In this document: positions 12,368 through 21,885 of the stretch, one piece after another
How the letters are laid out: each line of letters opens with the position of its first letter
Position numbering within the stretch: the stretch's first letter is position 1
Assembly: GCA_019358915.1 (NCBI GenBank)
Contig: JAHHIM010000012.1
Span: 66,981-130,980, forward strand
From: Trichormus sp. ATA11-4-KO1
GTDB lineage: Bacteria; Cyanobacteriota; Cyanobacteriia; Cyanobacteriales; Nostocaceae
DNA: 64,000 nt
Reading direction: 5' to 3'
Translations under genes and position numbers: made by a program
Notes under the pieces: generated by a model
Seen by the model: only the letters and a program-made list of their open reading frames with translations
Databases searched by the model: none
What the model was told of the DNA's origin: nothing

Positions 12368-12368
12368 T

Positions 12369-12703
12369 TCTGGAAATCATGGACAAGCGATCGCTCTTGC
12401 TGGACACATACTAAATATTCCCACGACGATTGTGATGCCAAAAGATGCTCCTGCTGCGAAACAGACAGCTACTCGTGGTTATGGTGCTGAGGTGATTTTG
12501 TACAATCGACAAACAACAAATCGAGAAGACTTAACCCAAACCTTAGCCAGCGATCGCCAACTCACACTGATTCCCCCTTACGACCATCACCAAGTTATTG
12601 CTGGACAAGGAACAACAGCTTTAGAACTGATTGCAGAAATAGGTCAACTAGACGTGCTACTAGTTTGTTGTGGTGGTGGATTAATTTCTGGTTGTGCGAT
12701 CGC
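12369..12703 (+). pseudogene. Internal fragment of a PLP-dependent serine/threonine (hydroxyaspartate) ammonia-lyase
   Basis: In-frame SGNHGQAIALAG...IPPYDHHQVIAGQGT...CCGGGLISGCAIA. Lacks the N-terminal PLP-lysine region and the C-terminal half. Confidence 0.85.
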
Positions 12704-12955
12704 ATTACAGGTGGTGGTGTGACGGCTGGTATTGATTTTGGATTAGTGGTTGCAGCTCAATTGTGTGGTGAGGAGACAGCCAAGCTGATTCAATTGTTGT
12801 TGGAATATAATCCCGCACTACCTTTTAATGCTGGTTCTCCAGAAAATGCAGGAGAGGCTGTCGTGAAGCAGGTCAGGAGATTTGGGGGGGAGCTGATTAA
12901 GGCATCCCTTATACAGACACAGGAAACTGCTAAGTTGTTGGGTACTATTCAATAG
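12698..12955 (+). pseudogene. C-terminal fragment of a DJ-1/PfpI (isonitrile hydratase-like) protein
   Basis: DRITGGGVTAGIDFGL...IQLLLEYNPALPFNAGSP. The N-terminal part with the catalytic Cys is absent. Confidence 0.85.
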
Positions 12956-13069
12956 GCCAATTTTGATGGTTAAAATAATGAACCACAGAGACGCGGAGGG
13001 CACAGAGTCAGAGAAAAAGAGTAGATGTTGAAGGAGTTTCGTATTTAACACAGTTGATGCGGTTAACTC

Positions 13070-13756
13070 TTAATGAGGAGAGATTAAATGTAGCTTTGCT
13101 ACCATCTCGGTACGAGCTGAAACTCCTAGTTTGCGAAACATTCTTTTTAGGGCTTGCTTGACAGAATTTTGGGTAATCCACAGTTTGCCACCAATTTCGG
13201 CATTAGTTAACCCTTGAGCTACTAACTCGGCAATTTCTAACTCCCGCGCTGTCAGAGGACTTGCTAACAAGGAGTTAGATATATTTGGTGGTTTTGCTCG
13301 TAGAGTTGCTAGTTTTGCTGACAAATGAAGGCATAAAGCACTTAAATCAGCTAGGTCATCAGCATCAAAGGGCGGATTACCTTGATCCCGTGCTAAATTT
13401 AACGTGCCTACAAGACGTCCATCACAAACAATTGGCCCAGTCATCACATGTTCATGGTCATGTCGTGAGCAAAAATTCTTCCAATCTCCTGGGGATAATA
13501 TTAACTGTTCATGGGCAGGAGCGTGACGTTCAACCACATAGCGCCCGACTGGATTGCTTTCCATACAGACTGCGGGAATCGCCTGGGGATTAATTTCAGC
13601 CGTTGGTTGTTCATCTAGGAGATAAATTCCCCAATGTTGCACGCCAAAATGCTCACTAATTTTATCCGTCAGAGCTAATCTTAATTCTGGCTCGTTGGTG
13701 ACATTAGCGATCGCTTGAAATACGGCGTGAAGAGAATTAGGCATAAGTGTACCCAC
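13070..13756 (-). CDS. GAF + LuxR-type HTH transcriptional regulator
   Basis: GPIVCDGRLVGTLNL (GAF) and LTARELEIAELVAQGLTNAEI (LuxR HTH); start may be 13744. Confidence 0.9.
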   Translation of the reverse strand: MGTLMPNSLHAVFQAIANVTNEPELRLALTDKISEHFGVQHWGIYLLDEQPTAEINPQAIPAVCMESNPVGRYVVERHAPAHEQLILSPGDWKNFCSRHDHEHVMTGPIVCDGRLVGTLNLARDQGNPPFDADDLADLSALCLHLSAKLATLRAKPPNISNSLLASPLTARELEIAELVAQGLTNAEIGGKLWITQNSVKQALKRMFRKLGVSARTEMVAKLHLISPH

Positions 13757-13846
13757 TTGGGGACTATGCGGAGCTTCATAATTACTCTTATGCTAATACC
13801 AGCCAAGATAAAAAGCTAATAGAACTAGTCACGCTAGGAGAAGCAC

Positions 13847-14503
13847 ATGACAGTTACACAACTCTCTGCTCAGGAACTTTTCCGGGCTGCTTATGAGAAC
13901 CGCTACACTTGGGATCAGAATTTCCCAGGTTATACCGCAGATATTACCTATAAATATGACGACAAGGTATTTACTGGTCAAGTTGTCATCGACGCTAACC
14001 TGAAAGCGGAAGTGTCAGGTGTAGATAACGAGCAAGCAAAAAAAGCCATCCACGGACAAGCTTGGGAAATTGCCATTCACCGCGTCCGTCGCAGCTTTGA
14101 AGATACCCATAGCACCAATACTTTTAGCTATGGCGCAACTGACGAAACTGGTGCAACTGAAATTTTAGTTGGTGGTAAATCTGAAGGCGATAAATACAAA
14201 GTCCGTAATAATGAAGTTTGCCACGTTCACCGTTTAATTCACGGTACTTTTGTGACAATTAACACTTTCAGCAGTCACGACACAGGGTCAGGTTATCTAT
14301 CCCATACTTATGACTCTGTGTATCATGACCCCAAAACTGGGGAGCAAAAAGGTGGTAGAAGTGAATTCACCGATGAATATGAAAAAGTTGGTGAATATTT
14401 CATTTTGAATCGCCGGGAAATTCGCACTGAAACAGCAGGACAAACATCTGTTCAGGAATTTGTGTTCTCGAACATTAAATTGTTGGCACCTGTTGCTGCT
14501 TAA
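13847..14503 (+). CDS. DUF3386-type protein
   Basis: LFRAAYENRYTWD N-terminal motif typical of this cyanobacterial family; RBS aggag upstream. Confidence 0.75.
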   Translation: MTVTQLSAQELFRAAYENRYTWDQNFPGYTADITYKYDDKVFTGQVVIDANLKAEVSGVDNEQAKKAIHGQAWEIAIHRVRRSFEDTHSTNTFSYGATDETGATEILVGGKSEGDKYKVRNNEVCHVHRLIHGTFVTINTFSSHDTGSGYLSHTYDSVYHDPKTGEQKGGRSEFTDEYEKVGEYFILNRREIRTETAGQTSVQEFVFSNIKLLAPVAA

Positions 14504-14526
14504 GCTGAATTAGAAATAGGAAAAAC

Positions 14527-14564
14527 AAGCGATCGCACTTCATTTATGGAAGGCGATCGCTTTT
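14527..14564. terminator. Intrinsic terminator whose stem is formed by two HIP1 sites
   Basis: aaGCGATCGC-acttc-atttatg-gaag-GCGATCGCtttt just after the DUF3386 stop. Confidence 0.6.
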
Positions 14565-14860
14565 ATTTATCAGCTAAAAAAGCTCAAATAAAAATTATGT
14601 TGTGTAAGTATTATCTAGGTTATTCTGATAAAACTAACTTAAAATTATAGGAATTATACGCAGTACAGACCCACGGAAAATATTAGCAGCAAACTATATT
14701 ACTGAAGAGAGGGTTGCAAAATCCAAAGTTGAAATAACAATAAAATTTTCTACCAAGTATATTTTATTTACCTAAGTAGATATACTTGAATCATGAGCTT
14801 ACCAAGACCCTTGTGAGTGATGCCTCCGGCACGCCATGATGCGAGTTATGGGAACCTGGA

Positions 14861-15703
14861 CTACTGTCCAAGCTCTCTAATATTGTTCATCACTTGTTGA
14901 TACAAGTCATTATTATTTTGCTCTTGAAAGATGGCTGCCGCTTGTTGTAAGTCTTTGAGCGCACCTTGTCTGTCTCCCTGAGCTGCGCGGGCATTTCCCC
15001 GGTTATTGTAAGCAGGCCCAAAATTAGAATTGAGGCGAATGGCTTGATTATAATCGGCGATCGCACCTTGTCTGTCTCCCTGCGCCGCGCGGACATTTCC
15101 TCGGTTATTGTAGGCAATGGCATATCGAGAATCGAGGAGAATAGCTTGGTTGAAATCATCTAACGCCCCGTCATTGTCTCCTTGGGCTGCGCGGGCATTT
15201 CCTCGGTTATTGTAAGCTTCGGCGTAGCCGGGCGAGAGGCGAATAGCTTCGTTGTAATCGGCGATCGCGCGTTGATGATCTCCCATTGAGGCTAGGGCAT
15301 TTCCCCGACTATTATAAGCTTCGGCATCATTAGGAGAGATGTTAATCGCTTGATTGTAATCGGCGATCGCTTTTTGCTTGTCCCCCAAATCAAAGTAGGC
15401 TAGTCCCCGGCTTTTATAAGCTGGACTATATTCAGAATCTACATCAATTGCTTGGCTATAAGTAGCGATCGCTGCTTGTAAGTCGCCTTTGACGTGCTGA
15501 TCCTTTCCTTGAACAAAAAGACTACCAGCTGGGGATGTTTGCGCTACACGACGGCTAGGAGGGCTAATTCCTATTTCTGTTACCAAAACATCTTTGTTCT
15601 GATTGCAGGAAACACTAGTAATTGCACTCAATCCAGTAACCACAGCTATGGTCAATATTCTTTTAACTTTCACCTGCTCTTGCTCAAATAACCGCAGTTT
15701 CAT
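14861..15703 (-). CDS. Tetratricopeptide repeat protein, possible lipoprotein
   Basis: Repeated AYNNRGNARAAQGD...AIADYNQAI units; hydrophobic stretch followed by Cys (VSC). Confidence 0.9.
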   Translation of the reverse strand: MKLRLFEQEQVKVKRILTIAVVTGLSAITSVSCNQNKDVLVTEIGISPPSRRVAQTSPAGSLFVQGKDQHVKGDLQAAIATYSQAIDVDSEYSPAYKSRGLAYFDLGDKQKAIADYNQAINISPNDAEAYNSRGNALASMGDHQRAIADYNEAIRLSPGYAEAYNNRGNARAAQGDNDGALDDFNQAILLDSRYAIAYNNRGNVRAAQGDRQGAIADYNQAIRLNSNFGPAYNNRGNARAAQGDRQGALKDLQQAAAIFQEQNNNDLYQQVMNNIRELGQ

Positions 15704-16120
15704 AAGTTACCCTAAACCGTCATTACACCTGGATTACAATTAGCACCAACTTTCACTAAAGATTGTTTCTAGCTTTTTATACCTGTGTCAAGTCAAGTGA
15801 CATCCTGACTTGATATTTTCTATGGTTAATTAACGGTTATATGCTTGATCAAGCATGAAGCATAAAAATTTTATTTTGGATGATTTATCTATTTGTTATG
15901 TGAACTCTATTCTAGACAACTCGCGCTGCTTTTTATGTTTTTCCTGATACTTTATGAATGATTTTCTGTTTTCACCAAAAGTTTAATTAATATTAAATTT
16001 TTTTGGCAAATTAGCATCCTGATATTTTCATAATACCGGGATTATGGTTGATCACAAATGATAGAAAAATACTATATAGGACTCCAACCTAGTAAAATCT
16101 TGACTGTCACCTGTCACCTA

Positions 16121-17032
16121 TCAATCGTCACTTTCCTGGTTTTTAGGAGACAGTCGCCAAGATGTAGTTGTGTCAATATCTACAGATAATTGTTCTAGGT
16201 TTTGACCTAAATCTTTTTGCAGTTTCTGAGTCAGTGTCACCGGAAAATCTAAACTAACACTTTGATTTTGTACCAATTTGACTAATTCTGCAAATGACAC
16301 TTTGACAGTTTTACGTTCGTAACTAGTCAACTTACAAAATGAGGTTTCCGAGACATTTTGAGCTTGCATGGCTTTTTTTATCCGCTCTTGCAAATGCTCA
16401 AATTCTGAATTCAACAGCTTCCACTGCTCTTCTATTTCTGTATATCTAGCACTAATCCCTGTTAAATCTTCTTTGGTAGGATCTGGGTTACTTGCTACTT
16501 GTAATTCTAACAACTGTAAGTGTACTTGGGCAAGATAAATACAATCTAAATAAGCATATTCTATCTGTCCTTCAGTCAGGGGACGCTTTCCCCAATCACT
16601 ATTTTGTTCCTGTTTATCAATATAGTTAAATCTACACAATGCTGTAGCTAAAGTTTTAAGTTGGTAGTTAGGTAATGGTAAGAGATAGTAGGGAATTTTT
16701 TTGGCTATTTCTAAAGTGCAAGTGATATTTTTGGCTTGCTTGCTGCCTAAAAACTTTATATCATAATTTGCATTATGAAAAACCTTTTCAATAGCCGGAT
16801 TCATCATAATTTGCTCAACAAAACCAACAACCATATCAGGGTGATTCAGGACATCTAAAAGGTAAACGCGATCGCCGCTCATATCTGTTGGGTCATCCAA
16901 CACCTGAATCAGTGATAGTCTGGGATTGCGACTTTTATAGTCAGCAACTTCTGTATCAATCCACAGAGTTTTGACTTTGGTATATTCAGCTACTATAGAA
17001 CTAATTTCGCTAGCGGCAGTCAAGTATGGCAT
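16121..17032 (-). CDS. RNase D-like 3'-5' exonuclease
   Basis: DEDDy motifs: WIDTE, FHNANYD, SDWGKRPL...YAYLD. Confidence 0.85.
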   Translation of the reverse strand: MPYLTAASEISSIVAEYTKVKTLWIDTEVADYKSRNPRLSLIQVLDDPTDMSGDRVYLLDVLNHPDMVVGFVEQIMMNPAIEKVFHNANYDIKFLGSKQAKNITCTLEIAKKIPYYLLPLPNYQLKTLATALCRFNYIDKQEQNSDWGKRPLTEGQIEYAYLDCIYLAQVHLQLLELQVASNPDPTKEDLTGISARYTEIEEQWKLLNSEFEHLQERIKKAMQAQNVSETSFCKLTSYERKTVKVSFAELVKLVQNQSVSLDFPVTLTQKLQKDLGQNLEQLSVDIDTTTSWRLSPKNQESDD

Positions 17033-17194
17033 TGGCTAATATTCCCTGATAGGCAAAAGCAAATATACTGGTATCGGCTCTCTCCTGAGAGAGAAGTCAA
17101 CTTTGCGGTAAAATACACAAAATCAATCACAAGCATAAAAGTATTTTCAGTTTGCAACTGACAAGTCAGTGCAAGCGATCGCGGGAGGTAAAAA

Positions 17195-17935
17195 ATGGGA
17201 TTAGCTGGGTTAAAAATTGTATTGGTGGAACCAGCTGGGCCAATTAACCTAGGGTCGATCGCTAGGGTAATGAAAAATTTTGGACTACATCATCTGGTAT
17301 TAGTCAACCCCCAATGCGATCCATTGTCGGCGGAAGCTGTGAAAATGGCAGTTCATGCCAAAGAAGTTTTAGAATCTGCGGTATTAGTCACCACATTACC
17401 AGAAGCACTGCAAGGATGTGTCCGCGCGATCGCTACTACTGCGCGTGTGCGTGATTGGGAAACACCTTTAGAAAATCCTCGCACAGCACTACCTTGGTTA
17501 CTAGAAGACCCAGACACACCCGCAGCACTGATTTTTGGTAGGGAAGACCGGGGTTTAAGCAATGAAGAATTAAATTATGCCCAGCGATTTGTCCGCATTC
17601 CCACACATCAAAGTTATTCATCTCTCAATTTGGCTACGGCTGTGGCTATCTGCTGTTATGAACTAGCCCAATATACAGCACCACCGATAACGCCGGCCCC
17701 AAGCCAAACTGAACTGGCACCATTGGATCTTGTGGAAACCTACTACGAGCAATTAGAATCACTACTACTAGATATTGGTTACTTGTATCCGCACACAGCA
17801 GCTAGTCGCATGGAAAAATTCCGGCAACTGTACAATCGCGCTCATCTCCAAACTAAAGAGGTCGCTATGCTGCGAGGAATTCTGCGACAGATAGAATGGG
17901 CACTTAAAACCAAGGGTGATGATGAAAACTTGTAA
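17195..17935 (+). CDS. TrmJ/LasT family SPOUT RNA methyltransferase
   Basis: NLGSIARVMKNFG, FGREDRGLSNEEL, SLNLATAV. Confidence 0.92.
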   Translation: MGLAGLKIVLVEPAGPINLGSIARVMKNFGLHHLVLVNPQCDPLSAEAVKMAVHAKEVLESAVLVTTLPEALQGCVRAIATTARVRDWETPLENPRTALPWLLEDPDTPAALIFGREDRGLSNEELNYAQRFVRIPTHQSYSSLNLATAVAICCYELAQYTAPPITPAPSQTELAPLDLVETYYEQLESLLLDIGYLYPHTAASRMEKFRQLYNRAHLQTKEVAMLRGILRQIEWALKTKGDDENL

Positions 17936-18108
17936 TTAATCGTTTAATATGTACGGAATCATCCCCCCAAAATAGTTAATATGCCTTAAACTAAACGCAA
18001 AAATGTGACTGATTAGCCAAGGATGATTTCCACATCCAGCTGTTTCAGGAGTGAGTTTTGGGTCGGGAGTCTGCAAGAAAACATTCCAGTGGGTCACCAG
18101 GAGTAATC

Positions 18109-19611
18109 ATGTCAGAGTCAAGTGACAAACTAAAAGCTTTCTCGCGGCGTCAACCCATGAACCGCCGCCAGAATCAGCGCCAAGACCAAAAAAAGCCACA
18201 GAAAAAAGTCAAAGTTCCCAGTCAGCCACAGCGTGTTGTCAAAAAAGAAGTGGCGCTGACGCGCTTTGATCATCAGATGATTCCTCCCCGCATCGCTACT
18301 GGGGCGCGTAAGTCAAAAACTGCGGTAGTTATGCCAGCAGCAGTGAAACCTATTCCCCATGTACAGGGAACGATACCATCTGTTAACCCCAGCACTATGA
18401 AGTTAAAAACAGTGCGGGTACAAAAGCAGCCATTGCCAAAGATAGGTAGACGCGTGTCACGCAAGACCCGCTTAAAACCAATGGCACGAACTATGTTGTA
18501 TGCTCTACGGTTATTGATTGTAGGGGTTGGCATTGGTGCGATCGTGGGCACAATGTTGTCAATCTTAGACCCTGCTACTCGTGTACCCACAAATCCCTCA
18601 GTACAATCAAGTACGAATCATGCGGGGCGAAATCAGCCACAACCTACACCAAATGCGGCCGCCAGCTTATATTTATCCCAAGAAATTATTCCCTTGAAAG
18701 ATGCTGTGCAAAATTTGGCAGCGACATACGCCAATCTCACACCTGGAGTTTTCTTAGTAGATTTAGATACTGGTGGTTACGTAGATGTGAATAGCTCTGC
18801 CAGTTTCTCGGCGGCTAGTACAATTAAAATTCCCATTTTGATGGCTTTTTTCCAAGATGTGGATACTGGGAAAATCCGCCTGGATGAAATGCTAAGCCTG
18901 GAAAAAGATATGGTAGCGGGTGGTTCTGGAAGTCTGCAATACCAAAAAGTGGGCACCCAGTACGCGGCATTGGAAGTTGCCACTAAAATGATTACAATCA
19001 GCGACAACACGGCTACAAATATGCTGATTACCCGACTAGGAGGGATAGAGGCGCTGAATCAACGTTTTCAAAGTTGGGGATTGACAGCTACAACAATTCG
19101 CAATCCACTTCCAGATTTGCCAGGGACAAACACCACAAGTCCCAGAGAATTGGGGAATTTGATGGCTATGGTCAATCAGGGAAATTTTATCAGTATGCGA
19201 TCGCGCGATCTCATGCTCGATATCATGCGCCGCACCGAAAGAAACAATCTGCTACCTTCTGGTTTAGGAGCAGGTGCTAGAACTTATCATAAAACGGGCG
19301 ATATTGGTGCCATGCTCGCTGATGTGGGTTTAATTGATACCCCAACTGGCAAACGCTACATTGCCTCTGTGATGGTACAACGCCCTAATAATGATCCTCG
19401 GGCTGAAAAGCTGATTAGCTCTATTTCTAGCACTGCTTACCAACACTTAAGCCAAAATACTGCACCTAGTAATACAACAAATACTGTACCCCCAGTTGGT
19501 TATCAGACTCCGGTTATAACTCCGCCTACACGCAACAATATAGAAAATACTGTACCCCCAACTAGTAATCAAGCCCCATTTTCGACTCCACATTATTTCC
19601 CCTCCAGATAA
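18109..19611 (+). CDS. Class A beta-lactamase-like serine hydrolase (PBP-A type), membrane anchored
   Basis: SxxK (ASTIK), SDN and KTG motifs; one TM helix. ATG 18109 follows aggag. Confidence 0.88.
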   Translation: MSESSDKLKAFSRRQPMNRRQNQRQDQKKPQKKVKVPSQPQRVVKKEVALTRFDHQMIPPRIATGARKSKTAVVMPAAVKPIPHVQGTIPSVNPSTMKLKTVRVQKQPLPKIGRRVSRKTRLKPMARTMLYALRLLIVGVGIGAIVGTMLSILDPATRVPTNPSVQSSTNHAGRNQPQPTPNAAASLYLSQEIIPLKDAVQNLAATYANLTPGVFLVDLDTGGYVDVNSSASFSAASTIKIPILMAFFQDVDTGKIRLDEMLSLEKDMVAGGSGSLQYQKVGTQYAALEVATKMITISDNTATNMLITRLGGIEALNQRFQSWGLTATTIRNPLPDLPGTNTTSPRELGNLMAMVNQGNFISMRSRDLMLDIMRRTERNNLLPSGLGAGARTYHKTGDIGAMLADVGLIDTPTGKRYIASVMVQRPNNDPRAEKLISSISSTAYQHLSQNTAPSNTTNTVPPVGYQTPVITPPTRNNIENTVPPTSNQAPFSTPHYFPSR

Positions 19612-19659
19612 ATTCTTATCGGGACTTAGACATTTTTGAGGCAGAAATAAGCCTTGAAA

Positions 19660-19702
19660 CCAAAAGCCCACACTTACTCTTCGCGTAAGTATGGGTAGTT
19701 CA
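19660..19702 (+). mobile_element. Probable IS200/IS605-family right-end remnant
   Basis: Hairpin cccacacttac/gtaagtatggg followed by tagttca, like the subterminal hairpin of cyanobacterial tnpB elements. No transposase ORF. Confidence 0.45.
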
Positions 19703-19737
19703 TAATGATTATTTTCTTGTGATGTGGTGGAGGGTAT

Positions 19738-20361
19738 TCAAGCTTGAGCTATAACAGCATCAATTTCGTTTTTCGTCTGGTCAATGTTAGCAGCTACTGT
19801 AGCGTCATCGGCAGTCGTGGCTTCAACACTAAAGAACCGGATATCTTGGATGCCCAAGAAGCTCAGCAGGAGCTTAAGATAAGGTTCGAGGAAGTTGAAA
19901 GATGACAGAGGTCTGTCACCAGTGTATCCGCCTGCGCCATAAACACAGATCACATAGGCACGCTTATTGTTAACTAGCCCAGTAAAATTGGTACCATCGT
20001 AGGAAAAAGTGTACCCAATCCGCACAATTTGGTCAATCCAAGCTTTGAGAGCCGATGGCACAGAGAAGTTGTACATTGGCACTGTTATGAGCAAGACGTT
20101 AGCAGATTGCAGCTCCTTGATTAAGTGATCCGACAGTGCTGTGGCGCTACGTAGTTCATCGGTAAATTGGTCAGCCGAAGTATAGTAGCCTGTGATTGTT
20201 TGAGCATCAATATGCTCGATAGGCTCAGCTACCACGTCACGCCGCACAATATGATCACCTGGGTTGCGCTCAAGCCAAGCCTTCTCGAAGTAGTCTCCAA
20301 GTGCTCGTGAGTGAGATCCTGCAATTCGTGAACTCGAATCAATCCGCAGGATAGTATTCAT
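19738..20361 (-). CDS. azoR: FMN-dependent NADH-azoreductase
   Basis: ILRIDSS, PMYNFSVPSALKAWID and TFSY...G motifs. ATG 20361 follows a gagg RBS. Confidence 0.88.
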   Translation of the reverse strand: MNTILRIDSSSRIAGSHSRALGDYFEKAWLERNPGDHIVRRDVVAEPIEHIDAQTITGYYTSADQFTDELRSATALSDHLIKELQSANVLLITVPMYNFSVPSALKAWIDQIVRIGYTFSYDGTNFTGLVNNKRAYVICVYGAGGYTGDRPLSSFNFLEPYLKLLLSFLGIQDIRFFSVEATTADDATVAANIDQTKNEIDAVIAQA

Positions 20362-20563
20362 GGAATTACCTCTTGATACTTTTCTTGAGGTCAGCCTACT
20401 TGATATATAAACTGCTATCAATAGTTGCTAATGCATTATATTCGTGCATACTATACAAGAATGGGTTTAAATAACCTACGTATTTTTATTTTCTTGCAGT
20501 AATAGACAATAAATATTTAGCGATCGCCACCTCAAAGTGTTCTCACAACTACATTTTTATCCT

Positions 20564-21679
20564 TTAACTTTTCTGATATCGCATTCCTGGAAGTTGGGCA
20601 ACTAAACCCATCAATTCCAACTGTAATAATGCACTAGAAACTGAGCCAGCATTCATCCCTGTTTGTTGGACAATAAAATCAAAAGGCAACACATCACAGG
20701 CGATCGCATCTATTACTCGTTGCAGTTCTGGTGATAAATCAGGCAAATTTAATTTTTCTGAAATTGGCAATGTTTCCACTGCGTCAAGTTGTGGTATGGC
20801 TCCCAACATCCTTAAAAGTTCATCTAGTTCCTGGAGAATTAAAGCAGCGCCTTGGCTAAGTAATTTTAAACACCCTTGGGATGGATGATCATCTATTCTT
20901 CCCGGTAATGCATAGACATCTCTACCAAACTCGTTTGCATAAGTGGCTGTAATCAATGCGCCCGATTTTACTGGTGCTTCCATTACCAAAATGGCACGAC
21001 TTAAACCTGCGATTATTCGATTGCGTCGGGGAAAGTGAGTGCGATCAGGTGCGGTTTTGCTGGGATATTCACTCATGACTAACCCTTGACTCAAAATCTG
21101 CTTGTACAAATCTCGATTTTTTTGGGGATAAATCACATCTACACCAGTCCCTAAAACTGCGATCGTGCGTCCACCAGCTTTCATCGTGGCGATATGGCTT
21201 TCTGTATCAATTCCCTCTGCCATACCAGATACAACTGTAAAGCCATTTTTAGCTAAAGCTGTGCTAATTTGGCGCGTCCACCGAATGCCATAATCGGAAG
21301 GTCGGCGTGTGCCGACAATCCCTACTAAAGGTTTTTGTCCGAGATTTTCTAGTAGTTCAACTTCGCCGCGATAGTACAACATTGGCGGGGGACTGGGAGT
21401 TTCCAGCAGCAAGCGAGGATAATCTGTATCTGCTGGTGTCCAAAAATACGGGTTTTCTTGTTGGTGCTGGGTGAGTAACTGTTCTGGATGTAAACGCGAT
21501 CGCTGTTGAACTACTTTCTCTAATGTCTGAAAACCAAAACCTTCAACTTCGGCTAATTGGGCTTTGGGAGCATTCCAAGCTGTTGTTAGGGTGCCAAAAT
21601 GCTGTTGTAACCGTCGCAGTAACACTGGGCCAATCCCGGAAATTTGTGTCCAAGCTAGCCAATATGCCCGTTCTTCCAC
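20564..21679 (-). CDS. dprA: DNA processing protein DprA
   Basis: VSGMAEGID, FPRRNRIIAGL, SGALITA motifs and a C-terminal winged helix. Confidence 0.96.
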   Translation of the reverse strand: MEERAYWLAWTQISGIGPVLLRRLQQHFGTLTTAWNAPKAQLAEVEGFGFQTLEKVVQQRSRLHPEQLLTQHQQENPYFWTPADTDYPRLLLETPSPPPMLYYRGEVELLENLGQKPLVGIVGTRRPSDYGIRWTRQISTALAKNGFTVVSGMAEGIDTESHIATMKAGGRTIAVLGTGVDVIYPQKNRDLYKQILSQGLVMSEYPSKTAPDRTHFPRRNRIIAGLSRAILVMEAPVKSGALITATYANEFGRDVYALPGRIDDHPSQGCLKLLSQGAALILQELDELLRMLGAIPQLDAVETLPISEKLNLPDLSPELQRVIDAIACDVLPFDFIVQQTGMNAGSVSSALLQLELMGLVAQLPGMRYQKS

Positions 21680-21885
21680 TACCTTCCTATCCTCACACCT
21701 ACTGGATTGAGTATTCCCAAATTAGGTTTGTCTGTTGACCTAACTTAGCAACGCCAGATGCTCTACTTGGGGGCTAAACTGTTTTTTCTTTAACTGAAAC
21801 TACTACAATTACTATTGATGCTAGATAATGGGAAAGCTTTGACATTTATTCACCCATCTAGCCAGACAGAATCAAACTAACACCT

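Noticed and set aside
12432..12955. Programmed frameshift making a functional fusion protein
   Set aside because: Both halves lack their catalytic residues, no slippery site is evident, and the junction is a HIP1 site; deletion explains it better.
14890..15360. ~102-bp DNA repeats as a CRISPR array or repeat element
   Set aside because: They are the coding repeats of 34-aa TPR units; there are no unique spacers and no cas genes.
18109..19611. Acquired beta-lactam resistance gene
   Set aside because: The long basic N-terminus and TM anchor fit the native cyanobacterial PBP-A-like serine hydrolase.
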